A stretch of 48,959 nt of DNA, taken from Clostridia bacterium. Lineage in GTDB: Bacteria > Bacillota > Clostridia > Oscillospirales > CAG-272. The notes below the pieces were generated by a model. It did not search any database and was not told the origin of the DNA. It saw nothing but the letters and a program-made list of their open reading frames with translations. The stretch is from NCBI GenBank assembly GCA_024404445.1, contig JAKSPY010000003.1, forward strand, positions 1-48,959. Direction: 5' to 3'. How positions within the stretch are numbered: position 1 is the first letter of the stretch; each line of letters starts with the position of its first letter. The position numbers and the translations under genes were made by a program. This document shows positions 17,819 through 27,090 of this stretch, piece after piece.

Positions 17819-18952
17819 ATGGCAAAGATACTGCATACCGCTGATATCCATCTCGACCCACCGTCCTCGCTGTTGGACGTGCAAAAGGCGCAGGTCAGAA
17901 TAAACGAATTGCGCGTCACGTTCACGTCGCTGATGATGTACGCGAAGACGGAGCATTTTGATCTGGTGATAATTTCCGGCGACTTGTTCGACTGCGGATT
18001 TGTGACAAAGGAAACGATGGAGCTGATCGTATCGCAGTTTGAGCAGAATCCCGACTGCAAATTCGTCATAGCACCCGGAAATCACGATCCGATAGGACCG
18101 AAAAGCCCGTACAAAAAGGTCCAATTCCCGAATAACGTGTATATTTTCGACTCGGATGAGCTGTCGTGCTTCCGCTTTGACGATATCGGCATCGACGTTT
18201 ACGGATACGCGTTCTGTGACAGCAAGATGGAAACCAATCCCCTGCGCGAGGTTAAGCTCAATCTGAATTCCGAGCGCATAAATATCCTTGCCGCGCACGC
18301 CGACATGACGTCTGCCACGTCAGACAATTGTCCGATGACGGTCGCCGATATCGCGGCAAGCGGATTTGACTATGTGGCACTCGGTCACATCCACGCCGGC
18401 GGCGACGTAAAGCTGGCGGGTCACACATATTACGCGTACAGCGGCTGTCTGGAGGGGCGTTCGTTCGACGAATGCGGAATAAAGGGGGCCATCGTCTGCA
18501 AGACTACGACATCGCGCTCCGGTGCCCGGCTGGATTTCGCGCTCAAACGCTTCTCGCACAGAAGATATGAAAAATTCGACGTGGACATCACCGCCGCCAC
18601 GTCTACCAACGAGGCAATAGAAAAGGCCCGCAGGGTACTGACCGATCACGGCGTCGGCTCTGACACCGTACTGCGGCTCACATTCACCGGCAGCGTATCT
18701 GAGGAATTTGCCCTTGACGCGAGAAAGCTGACGGCACAGACGTTCGGCGTTTACTACCTTGAATACTATGATAAGACTATGCCCACGCTGAATTATAAGG
18801 ACCTGCTGAACGATATTTCGATACGCGGCGCGTTCTTCCGTGAGCTGTGGCCGAAGATGAAAAGCGAGGACGAAAAGGAGCGCAGAACGGCGATAGAGGC
18901 ATTCCGCTACGGTATGGCGGCACTGTCCGGCTCTGACATCGTCGATTATTGA
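17819..18952 (+). CDS. Mre11/SbcD-like DNA repair exonuclease (YhaO-like)
   Basis: LHTADIHLD, SGDLFD, PGNHD, DYVALGHIH, YSGCLEGRSFDE. Confidence 0.88.
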   Translation: MAKILHTADIHLDPPSSLLDVQKAQVRINELRVTFTSLMMYAKTEHFDLVIISGDLFDCGFVTKETMELIVSQFEQNPDCKFVIAPGNHDPIGPKSPYKKVQFPNNVYIFDSDELSCFRFDDIGIDVYGYAFCDSKMETNPLREVKLNLNSERINILAAHADMTSATSDNCPMTVADIAASGFDYVALGHIHAGGDVKLAGHTYYAYSGCLEGRSFDECGIKGAIVCKTTTSRSGARLDFALKRFSHRRYEKFDVDITAATSTNEAIEKARRVLTDHGVGSDTVLRLTFTGSVSEEFALDARKLTAQTFGVYYLEYYDKTMPTLNYKDLLNDISIRGAFFRELWPKMKSEDEKERRTAIEAFRYGMAALSGSDIVDY

Positions 18953-18979
18953 ACAATCTAATTTTTTGGGGGATATATC

Positions 18980-20044
18980 ATGACGAGAATAGAAAAATTC
19001 ATTGCCGCGATGCCGGAGGGCATTGACGCGTTCATCACCACCGATGAGAAGACCAGACTGTATCTGACGAAATTTCCGGCGACTGACGGCACGGTATTCG
19101 TAACGCGCCGCGGCGGAACGCTGTATGCGGACTTTCGTTATATTGAGGCGGCGGAAAAGCAGGCAGTCGGCGTAAAGGTCGTGATGCCGTCGGGCAGAGT
19201 CAGCACGGAGATCAAGGCCATCATCGTCGATGAGAACGTAAAGACAGTCGCATTTGAGCAGAACAAACTCACCGTCGCCGACCTCGACAGACTGAAGTCT
19301 GTCTACCCTGAGGTCACATTCGTGCCGATCGGCAACGTGATCACGAAGCTGTGTGAGTATAAGGACGACGAGGAGCTGGCCGCCATCAGAGCCGCGCAGG
19401 ATATAACCGATAAGGCATTTGCCGAAACGGTCGCGCTCATAACCCCGGAAATGACGGAGATCGAGGTCGCCGCGGAGCTGGAGTACCGCATGAAGCGACT
19501 CGGCGCAACTTGCCCCAGCTTTGAAACGATCGCGGTCAGCGGCACAAATTCCAGCCGTCCGCACGGCGTACCGTGCGGAGAAAAATTGCAGAAGGGCTTT
19601 CTGACGATGGATTTCGGTTGCGTATATAACGGATATTGCTCCGATATGACGCGCACGGTCTGCATCGGCAACCCGACGGATGAGATGAAGGACGTGTACA
19701 ACACGGTGCTGAAGGCTCAGCTTGCGGGCATCGCGGCGGCAGTCGCCGGTGTCAGATGCTCATTCGTCGATAAGACGGCACGCGACATCATCGACAATGC
19801 CGGTTATCGCGGCACGTTCGGTCACAGCCTCGGTCACGGTGTGGGTCTGTATATCCATGAGGAGCCGCGCTTCTCATCCGCCGCGCCGGATGATATGATC
19901 CTCGGTGTCGGTCATGTCGTAACGGTAGAGCCGGGAATATATCTCAAGGGACGCTTCGGCGTGCGTATAGAGGATATGATACAGGTAACAAAGGAGGGCA
20001 CTGTCGATATCACTCACAGCCCCAAAGAACTTATCATTATTTAA
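18980..20044 (+). CDS. Xaa-Pro aminopeptidase (M24B)
   Basis: DFGCVYNGYCSDMTRT, HSLGHGVGLYIHE, TVEPGIY, GVRIED. Confidence 0.93.
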   Translation: MTRIEKFIAAMPEGIDAFITTDEKTRLYLTKFPATDGTVFVTRRGGTLYADFRYIEAAEKQAVGVKVVMPSGRVSTEIKAIIVDENVKTVAFEQNKLTVADLDRLKSVYPEVTFVPIGNVITKLCEYKDDEELAAIRAAQDITDKAFAETVALITPEMTEIEVAAELEYRMKRLGATCPSFETIAVSGTNSSRPHGVPCGEKLQKGFLTMDFGCVYNGYCSDMTRTVCIGNPTDEMKDVYNTVLKAQLAGIAAAVAGVRCSFVDKTARDIIDNAGYRGTFGHSLGHGVGLYIHEEPRFSSAAPDDMILGVGHVVTVEPGIYLKGRFGVRIEDMIQVTKEGTVDITHSPKELIII

Positions 20045-20053
20045 GGAGGGCCT

Positions 20054-22672
20054 ATGAAACTTTACGATCTCAGTGTTAATTATCTGACGGACGATTGCGC
20101 TGTCGATACATTGCCGCATTTCTCGTACAAGGTCGGCGATTTCAAAAACGGCGATAAGCAGAAAACCGCACGCATACGTGTATACCGCGTCAGCGTCTCG
20201 GATGAAAATCTCGTGTGGGATACAGGCGACGTCACATCAGAGCAGAAGCTGCATATCGCTTACGGCGGGCAGGTGCCGGAGCCTGTCACGAAGTACGTGT
20301 GGACGGTTGACGTCACGTCGGTGCTCGGCGACAGTGCGTGCGCTGAGGCAAAATTCGTTACCGGCAAGCTCGGTGAGCGTTGGCAGGGCAAATGGATAAG
20401 CGCGAGATACGTCAACCGCGAGGGCGACGCCTTTGGCGCGGTTTACCTCAGGAAGACCTTCAATGAGGAGAAAACACCCGTCAGTGCTTACCTTTCCATC
20501 TGCGGCCTCGGATATTTCGAAAGCTATGTCAACGGCAAAAAGACGGGCAACGACACGCTGTCGCCCGCGTTTACCGATTTTTCAAAGACGGATATGTACC
20601 TTACATACGACGTCACCTCTATGATAAGGGCGGGCAAGAACGCGCTTGCCGTCGTGCTCGGTAACGGCTGGTATAACTGCTTTGCCGAGGACCCGTGGAA
20701 TACGCGCGCGGCAACGTGGCGCCATTGGCCTAAACTGATCTGTGAGCTGAAAATGACGTTTGCCGACGGCACGGTCGAAACCGTCACCTCCGACACCTCG
20801 TGGCGCGGCAGTCGCGGCCCGATCATATTCAACGGAATCAGAAACGGTGAGCATTACGACGCGCGTCTGGAATTGGGAAATTGGAAGGATTACGATTATG
20901 ATGACACCGCGTGGGATGGCACAAAGATAGTGAAGAGCCCCGGCGGCCTGCTTGAGGCTCAGCCCATGCAGCCGATCAGGGTATATAAGACCTTCTTGCC
21001 GTCAAAAATACGTAAGGGCGCCAACGGTTGGATAGTCGAATTCCCGCAGAATATGGCGGGCAGATGCCGTTATACATTGCGCGGCGCCGCTGATACGGAG
21101 ATCACGATGAGATACTCCGACGTTCTCACCGATGACGGCGAGGTAGATCAGACGCCTATCGGCGGATTTGTGCGTTCAAACGGCTTCCAGACCGATAAAT
21201 ACATAAAAAAGAGCGACGGGCCCGAAAATTGGGAGCCGATATTCGTATATCACGGCTTTCAGTACGTTGAGATCACCGGCATCGATTATGAGCCGTCGCC
21301 CGATGAGATCACGGCTGTCGCACTATGCACCGACGTCGGCAATATAGGCAAATTCAGCTGCTCTGATGAGCTTCTGAATAAGGTCCAGCACCTGTGCCGT
21401 TGGGCGACGATATCGAATATGCATTCCGTCCCGACAGATTGCCCGCACCGCGAAAAGAACGGTTGGACGGGCGATACCGCACTGTCATGCGAGCAGATGC
21501 TGATCAACTTCGGCACGCGCGCTTTCCTTTCAAAATGGAGCAAGGATATGCGCACGGCACAGCGTCCCGCCGGTCAGATACCGTGCGTGGTGCCGTCCAC
21601 GGGCTGGGGTTATTACGGTTTGATGGGCCCCGATTGGTCGAGCGCTCTCATCACCGTGCCGTACAATATCTGGCTGTATAACGGCGACGAGGATATACTG
21701 AAGATCAACTATGACGCCATCCGCCGCAACTGTGATTTCATGGAGGGGATGACGGAGGATTATACCCTGCATTACGGCACCGGCGATTGGTGCTGGCCGT
21801 TTGAGGGACCCGCGATCAGCAAAAATATGGGCGCATACAAATGCCCCGTAGAGGTCAGTGATACCGGATTTTTCTATAACGCCGCAAAGACGGTGGCGAA
21901 AATCGCCGCTCTGCTCGGTAAGGACGACGACGTGGAGTATTATTCCGCGCTCGCGCAGAAGATCAAGGCGGTGTTCCGCGAAAAATTCTACGATAAATCG
22001 CAGAATCTCGTGAAGGGCGACTGTCAGACGGCGACGGGCGTCATGCTATATTTCGGACTTTATGAGCCGGATGAGAAGCAGGGCCTTATCGACAAGCTGA
22101 TCGAACAGGTGCGCCGCAACGGAAATCACCTTGATTTCGGTGTTCTCGGCAATAAGTTCGTCATGCACTCGCTCGGCGCGAGCGGAAACGGCAACGTGGG
22201 CTATGATATGATAGCACAGCGCACGTTCCCCGGATGCCAGCGCTGGATAGAGCTGGGCGCGACGACGCTGTGGGAATGTTGGAACGGCGGCGGCTCACAT
22301 AACCACCATATGTTCTCTGATCTTTCGGCGTTCTTATATAAATACGTCGGCGGCATTTCGCCCGATGAGAACGAGCCCGGATTCAAGAATACCATTCTCC
22401 GTCCCGCGGTCAGCTGTGGCATGGAGAGCGCGTCGGCATCTCATGACAGTATGTACGGTAAGGTCGAGTGCTATTGGGCTAACCGCGACGGTAAGCTGAC
22501 CGTGAACGTCAAGGTGCCGTTCGGTTGCACGGCTACGCTTTACCTGCCGGAGAAATATGCGACTACGCTGACGGTCGATGAAGTCAAGGCTATCGAAAGC
22601 TTTTCATCCGGCTCACGCAACGGTGAATTCTATCTGACTGTCCCCAGCGGCACGTATAGCTTTGCGGGATGA
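20054..22672 (+). CDS. Alpha-L-rhamnosidase (GH78)
   Basis: GEHYDAR, YHGFQYVEI, PTDCPHREKNGWTGD, GATTLWECW, SHNHHMF. Confidence 0.9.
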   Translation: MKLYDLSVNYLTDDCAVDTLPHFSYKVGDFKNGDKQKTARIRVYRVSVSDENLVWDTGDVTSEQKLHIAYGGQVPEPVTKYVWTVDVTSVLGDSACAEAKFVTGKLGERWQGKWISARYVNREGDAFGAVYLRKTFNEEKTPVSAYLSICGLGYFESYVNGKKTGNDTLSPAFTDFSKTDMYLTYDVTSMIRAGKNALAVVLGNGWYNCFAEDPWNTRAATWRHWPKLICELKMTFADGTVETVTSDTSWRGSRGPIIFNGIRNGEHYDARLELGNWKDYDYDDTAWDGTKIVKSPGGLLEAQPMQPIRVYKTFLPSKIRKGANGWIVEFPQNMAGRCRYTLRGAADTEITMRYSDVLTDDGEVDQTPIGGFVRSNGFQTDKYIKKSDGPENWEPIFVYHGFQYVEITGIDYEPSPDEITAVALCTDVGNIGKFSCSDELLNKVQHLCRWATISNMHSVPTDCPHREKNGWTGDTALSCEQMLINFGTRAFLSKWSKDMRTAQRPAGQIPCVVPSTGWGYYGLMGPDWSSALITVPYNIWLYNGDEDILKINYDAIRRNCDFMEGMTEDYTLHYGTGDWCWPFEGPAISKNMGAYKCPVEVSDTGFFYNAAKTVAKIAALLGKDDDVEYYSALAQKIKAVFREKFYDKSQNLVKGDCQTATGVMLYFGLYEPDEKQGLIDKLIEQVRRNGNHLDFGVLGNKFVMHSLGASGNGNVGYDMIAQRTFPGCQRWIELGATTLWECWNGGGSHNHHMFSDLSAFLYKYVGGISPDENEPGFKNTILRPAVSCGMESASASHDSMYGKVECYWANRDGKLTVNVKVPFGCTATLYLPEKYATTLTVDEVKAIESFSSGSRNGEFYLTVPSGTYSFAG

Positions 22673-22685
22673 CGGTCTGACACTG

Positions 22686-22766
22686 AAAATAAACCGGGAA
22701 AGACGCGTCTTCCCCGGTTTTTCTCATGCTAATGTAACGCCTCCCGCGGTCGCGGGAGGCGTAATT
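22686..22766. terminator. Two back-to-back terminator hairpins between the convergent rhamnosidase gene and pheT
   Basis: AAACCGGG...CCCGGTTTTT and ACGCCTCCCGCG/CGCGGGAGGCGT stems. Confidence 0.75.
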
Positions 22767-22767
22767 C

Positions 22768-25194
22768 TTATTTTCTGATCGTGATACCGAGCTTTGCCTC
22801 AACATTTGCAAGTATCTTTTCGGCGAAGTTGTCGGCCTCCTCGACTGTCAGCGTACGGTCTGAAGCGCGGAGAGAGACAGAGAACGAAACACTCTTTTTG
22901 CCCTCGCCAAGCTGTGCGCCGCGATAAATGTCAAAAAGCGTGATGCTTTCTATGACCTTGCCCGCCTTGCTCTGACGCATTGCGGACTCAATGGTGCCGA
23001 CCTCGATCGTCTCATCGCACACGAATGAGAAATCACGCGTCGTGGCAGGGAATTTCGGCATGGGCGTATATTTTTTCACCATATCCGAAAGGTCGTAGAT
23101 ATCCTCAAGGTCCAGCTCGGCGATATAGACCTCGGCGTCAAACGCATAGTTGCCGGCGACCGTGGGATGCAGCTGACCGAACTTGCCGACGCACTTGTCG
23201 CCCACCGTGACGGCGGCACATCTGCCGGGGTGATACGTCGGATCGTTCCTGACCGCGACGTATGAAGCGTCGATGCCGGCGTATGCCATGATATTCTCTA
23301 TGATTCCCTTGAGAGTATAGAAATCGCCTGCCTTATACAGACCGATGCTGATATGACGGCGCTCGTCAGGCAATGAGCCCTCCAGCCCGTGGATATTCGT
23401 CACCACGCCATCGCGCGGCAGGAACACCTTGCCGATCTCATACAGCGCGACCCTCGGATTTGAACGCGAGCAGTTCGTCTGCAAAACCTCCAACAGCGTC
23501 GGGATCAGCGTCGTGCGGATCGTCTTTGTGTCATCGCCGAACGGATTCATGATCTCGACCGACTGACGGCGTTCGTCATCCGGAGCCATACCGCACTTGT
23601 CGTACAGACGCGCGCTCATAAACGAGAACGTGTAGATCTCGTCAAGTCCGGCGCCGACGAGAAGCGAATGTACATCGTCGGTGAAGCTCTGCTTCGGCGT
23701 CAGTCCGCCCTGCGTCATAGCCGAAACTATTGAGGATGACGTGACCTTATTATAGCCGTACATTCTAACGACCTCCTCGGCGACGTCGTTCATGCAACGC
23801 ACGTCGTCGCGGTATGACGGAACGTAGATCGTGTCGCCGTCAACGCGGAATTCAAGGGAGGTCAGCATCGCGACCATCTCATCGCGCGAAAGATTGAAGC
23901 CGAGGAAAGCGTTGATCCTGTCCGGCTCGAATTCTACCGTGGCGACAGGCTTTTTCACGGGATATACGTCTATGATACCGCTGACTACGTCGCCCGCACC
24001 CAGCAGATTGATCAGCTCACACGCGCGCTCCAACGCCGGAAGAGTGTTTTCGCTGTCAAGACCTTTTTCAAATCTTGACGATGCCTCGGTGCGCATACCC
24101 AGCTTCTTTGCGGTGATCCTGACCGATGAACCCAAGAACATTGCCGCTTCGAATACGACGGTCTTTGTGCTTTCTGTGATCTCGCTGTTTTCGCCGCCCA
24201 TGACTCCGGCAATGCCGACAGGCTTCTTGCCGTCTGCGATGACCAGCATATCGCTTTCCAGTTCACGCTCCTGGCTGTCCAGCGTGCGGAATATTTCCTT
24301 GTCGCCGGCGGTGCGGACGATGATCTGATTGCCGTCGATGCACTCATAGTCAAACGCGTGCATCGGTTGACCGTATTCGATCATCACGTAATTGGTGATA
24401 TCGACGATATTATTTATCGGGCGGACGCCTGCCGCGCGCAGACGCATACGCATCCACAGAGGCGACGGGGCGATTTTCACGTTTTTGACGACCCTTGCCG
24501 TATAGCGGAAGCACTTTTCGCTGTCGTCTATTCTGACTGAAATGTATTTATTGATGTCGTCGCCGGACTCCTTGACTGAGGGCGTCGGGATCGTCAGCTT
24601 TCTGCCGAATGTCGCGGATGCCTCGCGCGCCAGACCGATGACGGAAAGGCAGTCGGGGCGGTTTGGTGTGATCTCATAGTCGATAACGTCATCGTTGAGC
24701 ATGAGCACGTCCTTGATATCATCGCCGGGCTTTGCGTCCATGCCGTTGAGTATGAGTATGCCGTCGGTGGCGGCGTCGGGCATATCGTGCGTCGTCAGAC
24801 CGAGCTCCTCGATCGAACAGAACATACCCTCTGAAACGACGCCGCGCAGCTTGCCCGTCTTGATTTCCGTGCCGCCGTGCAGCTTTGTCACGCGCTTTTC
24901 GTTTTGCGGGCAATAACATACAGGCACGATCGCACCCTCAAATACGTTCTTTGCCGCCGTGACGATCTGCAGTGTCTTTTCGCCGCAATTGACCTGACAA
25001 ACGACAAGCTTTTCGGCGTCTGGGTGCTTTTCGATCTTTTCGATCAGACCTACCCGCACGTTGTCGATCTCATCGCCCGTGTTTTCATACGTTTCGACCT
25101 TTGAGCCGGTGTCGGTCATCCTGTCGCAGAATTCCTTGATATCTATATCGGTCGTGTTGACAAAATCCGTCAGCCAATTTCTTGATAATACCAT
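22768..25194 (-). CDS. pheT: Phenylalanine--tRNA ligase beta subunit
   Basis: HPDAEKL, EITPNRPDCLS, NNIVDITNY, RTEASSRFEKG, C-terminal FDX-ACB domain. Confidence 0.98.
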   Translation of the reverse strand: MVLSRNWLTDFVNTTDIDIKEFCDRMTDTGSKVETYENTGDEIDNVRVGLIEKIEKHPDAEKLVVCQVNCGEKTLQIVTAAKNVFEGAIVPVCYCPQNEKRVTKLHGGTEIKTGKLRGVVSEGMFCSIEELGLTTHDMPDAATDGILILNGMDAKPGDDIKDVLMLNDDVIDYEITPNRPDCLSVIGLAREASATFGRKLTIPTPSVKESGDDINKYISVRIDDSEKCFRYTARVVKNVKIAPSPLWMRMRLRAAGVRPINNIVDITNYVMIEYGQPMHAFDYECIDGNQIIVRTAGDKEIFRTLDSQERELESDMLVIADGKKPVGIAGVMGGENSEITESTKTVVFEAAMFLGSSVRITAKKLGMRTEASSRFEKGLDSENTLPALERACELINLLGAGDVVSGIIDVYPVKKPVATVEFEPDRINAFLGFNLSRDEMVAMLTSLEFRVDGDTIYVPSYRDDVRCMNDVAEEVVRMYGYNKVTSSSIVSAMTQGGLTPKQSFTDDVHSLLVGAGLDEIYTFSFMSARLYDKCGMAPDDERRQSVEIMNPFGDDTKTIRTTLIPTLLEVLQTNCSRSNPRVALYEIGKVFLPRDGVVTNIHGLEGSLPDERRHISIGLYKAGDFYTLKGIIENIMAYAGIDASYVAVRNDPTYHPGRCAAVTVGDKCVGKFGQLHPTVAGNYAFDAEVYIAELDLEDIYDLSDMVKKYTPMPKFPATTRDFSFVCDETIEVGTIESAMRQSKAGKVIESITLFDIYRGAQLGEGKKSVSFSVSLRASDRTLTVEEADNFAEKILANVEAKLGITIRK

Positions 25195-25209
25195 TTACAC
25201 TACCTCCAA

Positions 25210-26220
25210 TCAGAACTGAGAGAGGAATCTCTCATCATTTTCATACAGCAGGCGCATATCGCTGATGCCGAGGCGTATCATCGCGATACGCTCGATGCCC
25301 ATGCCGAATGCAAAGCCTGAGTATTCACGCGGGTCGATATTGCAGTTTTCCAGCACGAACGGATGCACCATGCCGCAACCCAATATCTCTATCCAGCCCT
25401 CTCCCTTGCACAGACGGCAACCCTTGCCGCCGCAGACGAAGCACGAAACGTCAACCTCGGCCGACGGCTCAGTGAACGGGAAGTGGTGCGGACGGAAACG
25501 GATCTTTGTCTGCTCACCGAACATTCTCTTTGCAAAAAGCTCCAATACGCCCTTCAGATCGCTCATCGTGATGCCCTTATCGACGACAAGGCCTTCAACC
25601 TGGTGGAATATCGGCGAATGAGATGCGTCGGCGGGATCGGCGCGGTAAACGCGGCCGGGCGAGATAACGCGTATCGGCGGGCGCGTCTGCTCCATTGTGC
25701 GCACCTGAACAGGAGAAGTCTGTGAACGCAACAGTATATTGTCCGTGATGTAAAACGTATCCTGCGTGTCGCGCGCGGGGTGATTTTTAGGCAGGTTGAG
25801 CGCCTCAAAGTTATAGTAGTCGTATTCGACCTCCGGACCCTCAGCTACGGTGAAGCCCAGCCCCACGAATATATCGCGCAGAGTTTTTTCCGTTTGTGCC
25901 AACGGGTGACGGTGCCCCACGGGTATCTTTTTGCCCGGGACCGTTACATCCAGCGCCTCACTGCGCAGTTTGCGTTCTGTTTCCTGTGCCTTGAGCGCCG
26001 TCATTTTCTCATTGATCGCGTTTTCGATCACGGTGCGGACGTCATTGACCAGCTGGCCTATCTGCGGTCTTTCCTCCGGGGCTACCTGTCCCATGCCGCG
26101 CAGAAGCTGTGTCAGTTCGCCTTTTTTGCCGAGATATTTGACCTTGACGGCCTCAATATCGACGGCATTTTTCAGCTCTTCCAATGCGGAAAGCCTGACC
26201 TTTTCGATTTGTTCTTTCAT
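25210..26220 (-). CDS. pheS: Phenylalanine--tRNA ligase alpha subunit
   Basis: [39 protein letters not shown]. Confidence 0.98.
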   Translation of the reverse strand: MKEQIEKVRLSALEELKNAVDIEAVKVKYLGKKGELTQLLRGMGQVAPEERPQIGQLVNDVRTVIENAINEKMTALKAQETERKLRSEALDVTVPGKKIPVGHRHPLAQTEKTLRDIFVGLGFTVAEGPEVEYDYYNFEALNLPKNHPARDTQDTFYITDNILLRSQTSPVQVRTMEQTRPPIRVISPGRVYRADPADASHSPIFHQVEGLVVDKGITMSDLKGVLELFAKRMFGEQTKIRFRPHHFPFTEPSAEVDVSCFVCGGKGCRLCKGEGWIEILGCGMVHPFVLENCNIDPREYSGFAFGMGIERIAMIRLGISDMRLLYENDERFLSQF

Positions 26221-26283
26221 TGTCTGCTCCTTTTATATAATCTGTATTTTTTCCGATGTCAGATCACGGAGGTGCGGCGGAGA

Positions 26284-26517
26284 AAATAAAAAACGCCCCT
26301 TACTGTTACGCAAGGGGCGAAGCGAACTCCGTGTTACCACCCATATTCCCGACGAAAGTCGGACACTCACGCCCGTAACGGAGGCAAACCGTCGCGCACT
26401 TTCATACGCGAAGCTCCAAAGTGAAAGGCGCGATACCTATACATATCACCGCTTACAGCCCGCGACGGTGATTCTCTGGATGTTCTGTGGTATTTTGCCG
26501 CTTTTTCATCGCTTTAT
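26284..26517 (-). ncRNA. T-box riboswitch (Phe)
   Basis: Minus strand: AGCGATGAA 5' motif, AGAGA box, GGCTGTAAG loop, UUC specifier (26423-26425), T-box AATATGGGTGGTAACACGG, terminator CGCCCCTT...AAGGGGCG-TTTTTT; upstream promoter TTGCAA...TATACT. Confidence 0.92.
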
Positions 26518-26661
26518 GCGGTCAGTATATCACGGCGACCGCAATTTTGCAAGACCTTTTTGACCATTCCGCATGAAATTTGTTATAGCTTTCATCCGGG
26601 GTCAACAGTAAAATCTGTCGTATATTTCTTTCATCAACGGATCGCCGCCCGTAGGGAGGCA

Positions 26662-26850
26662 TCAGTGCGAGCCATCTCCGTTATTCCGGCTTATATCCTC
26701 ATTCTCCTCTCTCCTCTGTTCGTCTGCCGCATGCGAGCATTGCTGACCGCCCACGACCTGCGCGAGCTTATCGTCCGGCAGTTCGGCGAACTTTTCGTCG
26801 GGATTTCTGAACTCTTCTTTGATTTTGGTCGGCTCTGTCTTTGTTTTCAC
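26662..26850 (-). CDS. Small double-glycine leader-peptide precursor (bacteriocin/RiPP-like)
   Basis: MKTKTEPTKIKEEFRNPDEKFAELPDDKLAQVVGG|QQCSHAADEQRREENEDISRNNGDGSH; AGGGGG RBS before GTG; leader 12/17 identical to the 12080 copy. Confidence 0.7.
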   Translation of the reverse strand: MKTKTEPTKIKEEFRNPDEKFAELPDDKLAQVVGGQQCSHAADEQRREENEDISRNNGDGSH

Positions 26851-26883
26851 AGTGTTATCCCCCTGTTTTGTTTTTCACACATT

Positions 26884-26910
26884 TATACGAATGAAATTGA
26901 GGAATGGCTA
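26884..26910 (-). promoter_or_regulatory. ECF-like promoter motif, copy B
   Basis: Minus strand TAGCCATTCCTCAATTTCATTCGTATA, ending 33 nt upstream of the leader-peptide start. Confidence 0.65.
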
Positions 26911-26947
26911 ATGGATTTATGGAAAAATCGAATTTTTCTGTTATGCC

Positions 26948-27085
26948 GGGCTATGATCGTTTGCCCAAAAAGCTGTCATTCCGAGCTGTGCGAGGAATCT
27001 GCTTCGTATTCGGTCGCATGACCTGTCTGTGATCGAACATTCTATCAGATTCTTCGGCACAAGTGCCTCAGAATGGCAGGGAAGT
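26948..27085 (+). repeat. REP-like palindromic repeat dimer, copy 2
   Basis: CTGTCATTCCGAGC...GCGAGGAATCT [spacer] AGATTCTTCGGC...GCCTCAGAATGGCAG inverted units. Confidence 0.85.
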
Positions 27086-27090
27086 AAGAC

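Noticed and set aside
18320-19564. 414-aa minus-strand ORF and many other long antisense ORFs (for example 17091-17816, 31480-32181, 10282-10941)
   Set aside because: They overlap well-supported genes on the opposite strand and have no motifs; these are shadow ORFs from GC-rich codon bias
26522-26662. Short minus-strand ORF (MPPYGRRSVDERNIRQILLL...) coupled by TGATG to the leader-peptide stop, a possible immunity gene
   Set aside because: Under 50 aa, no recognisable features, and it runs over the pheS promoter; cannot be supported
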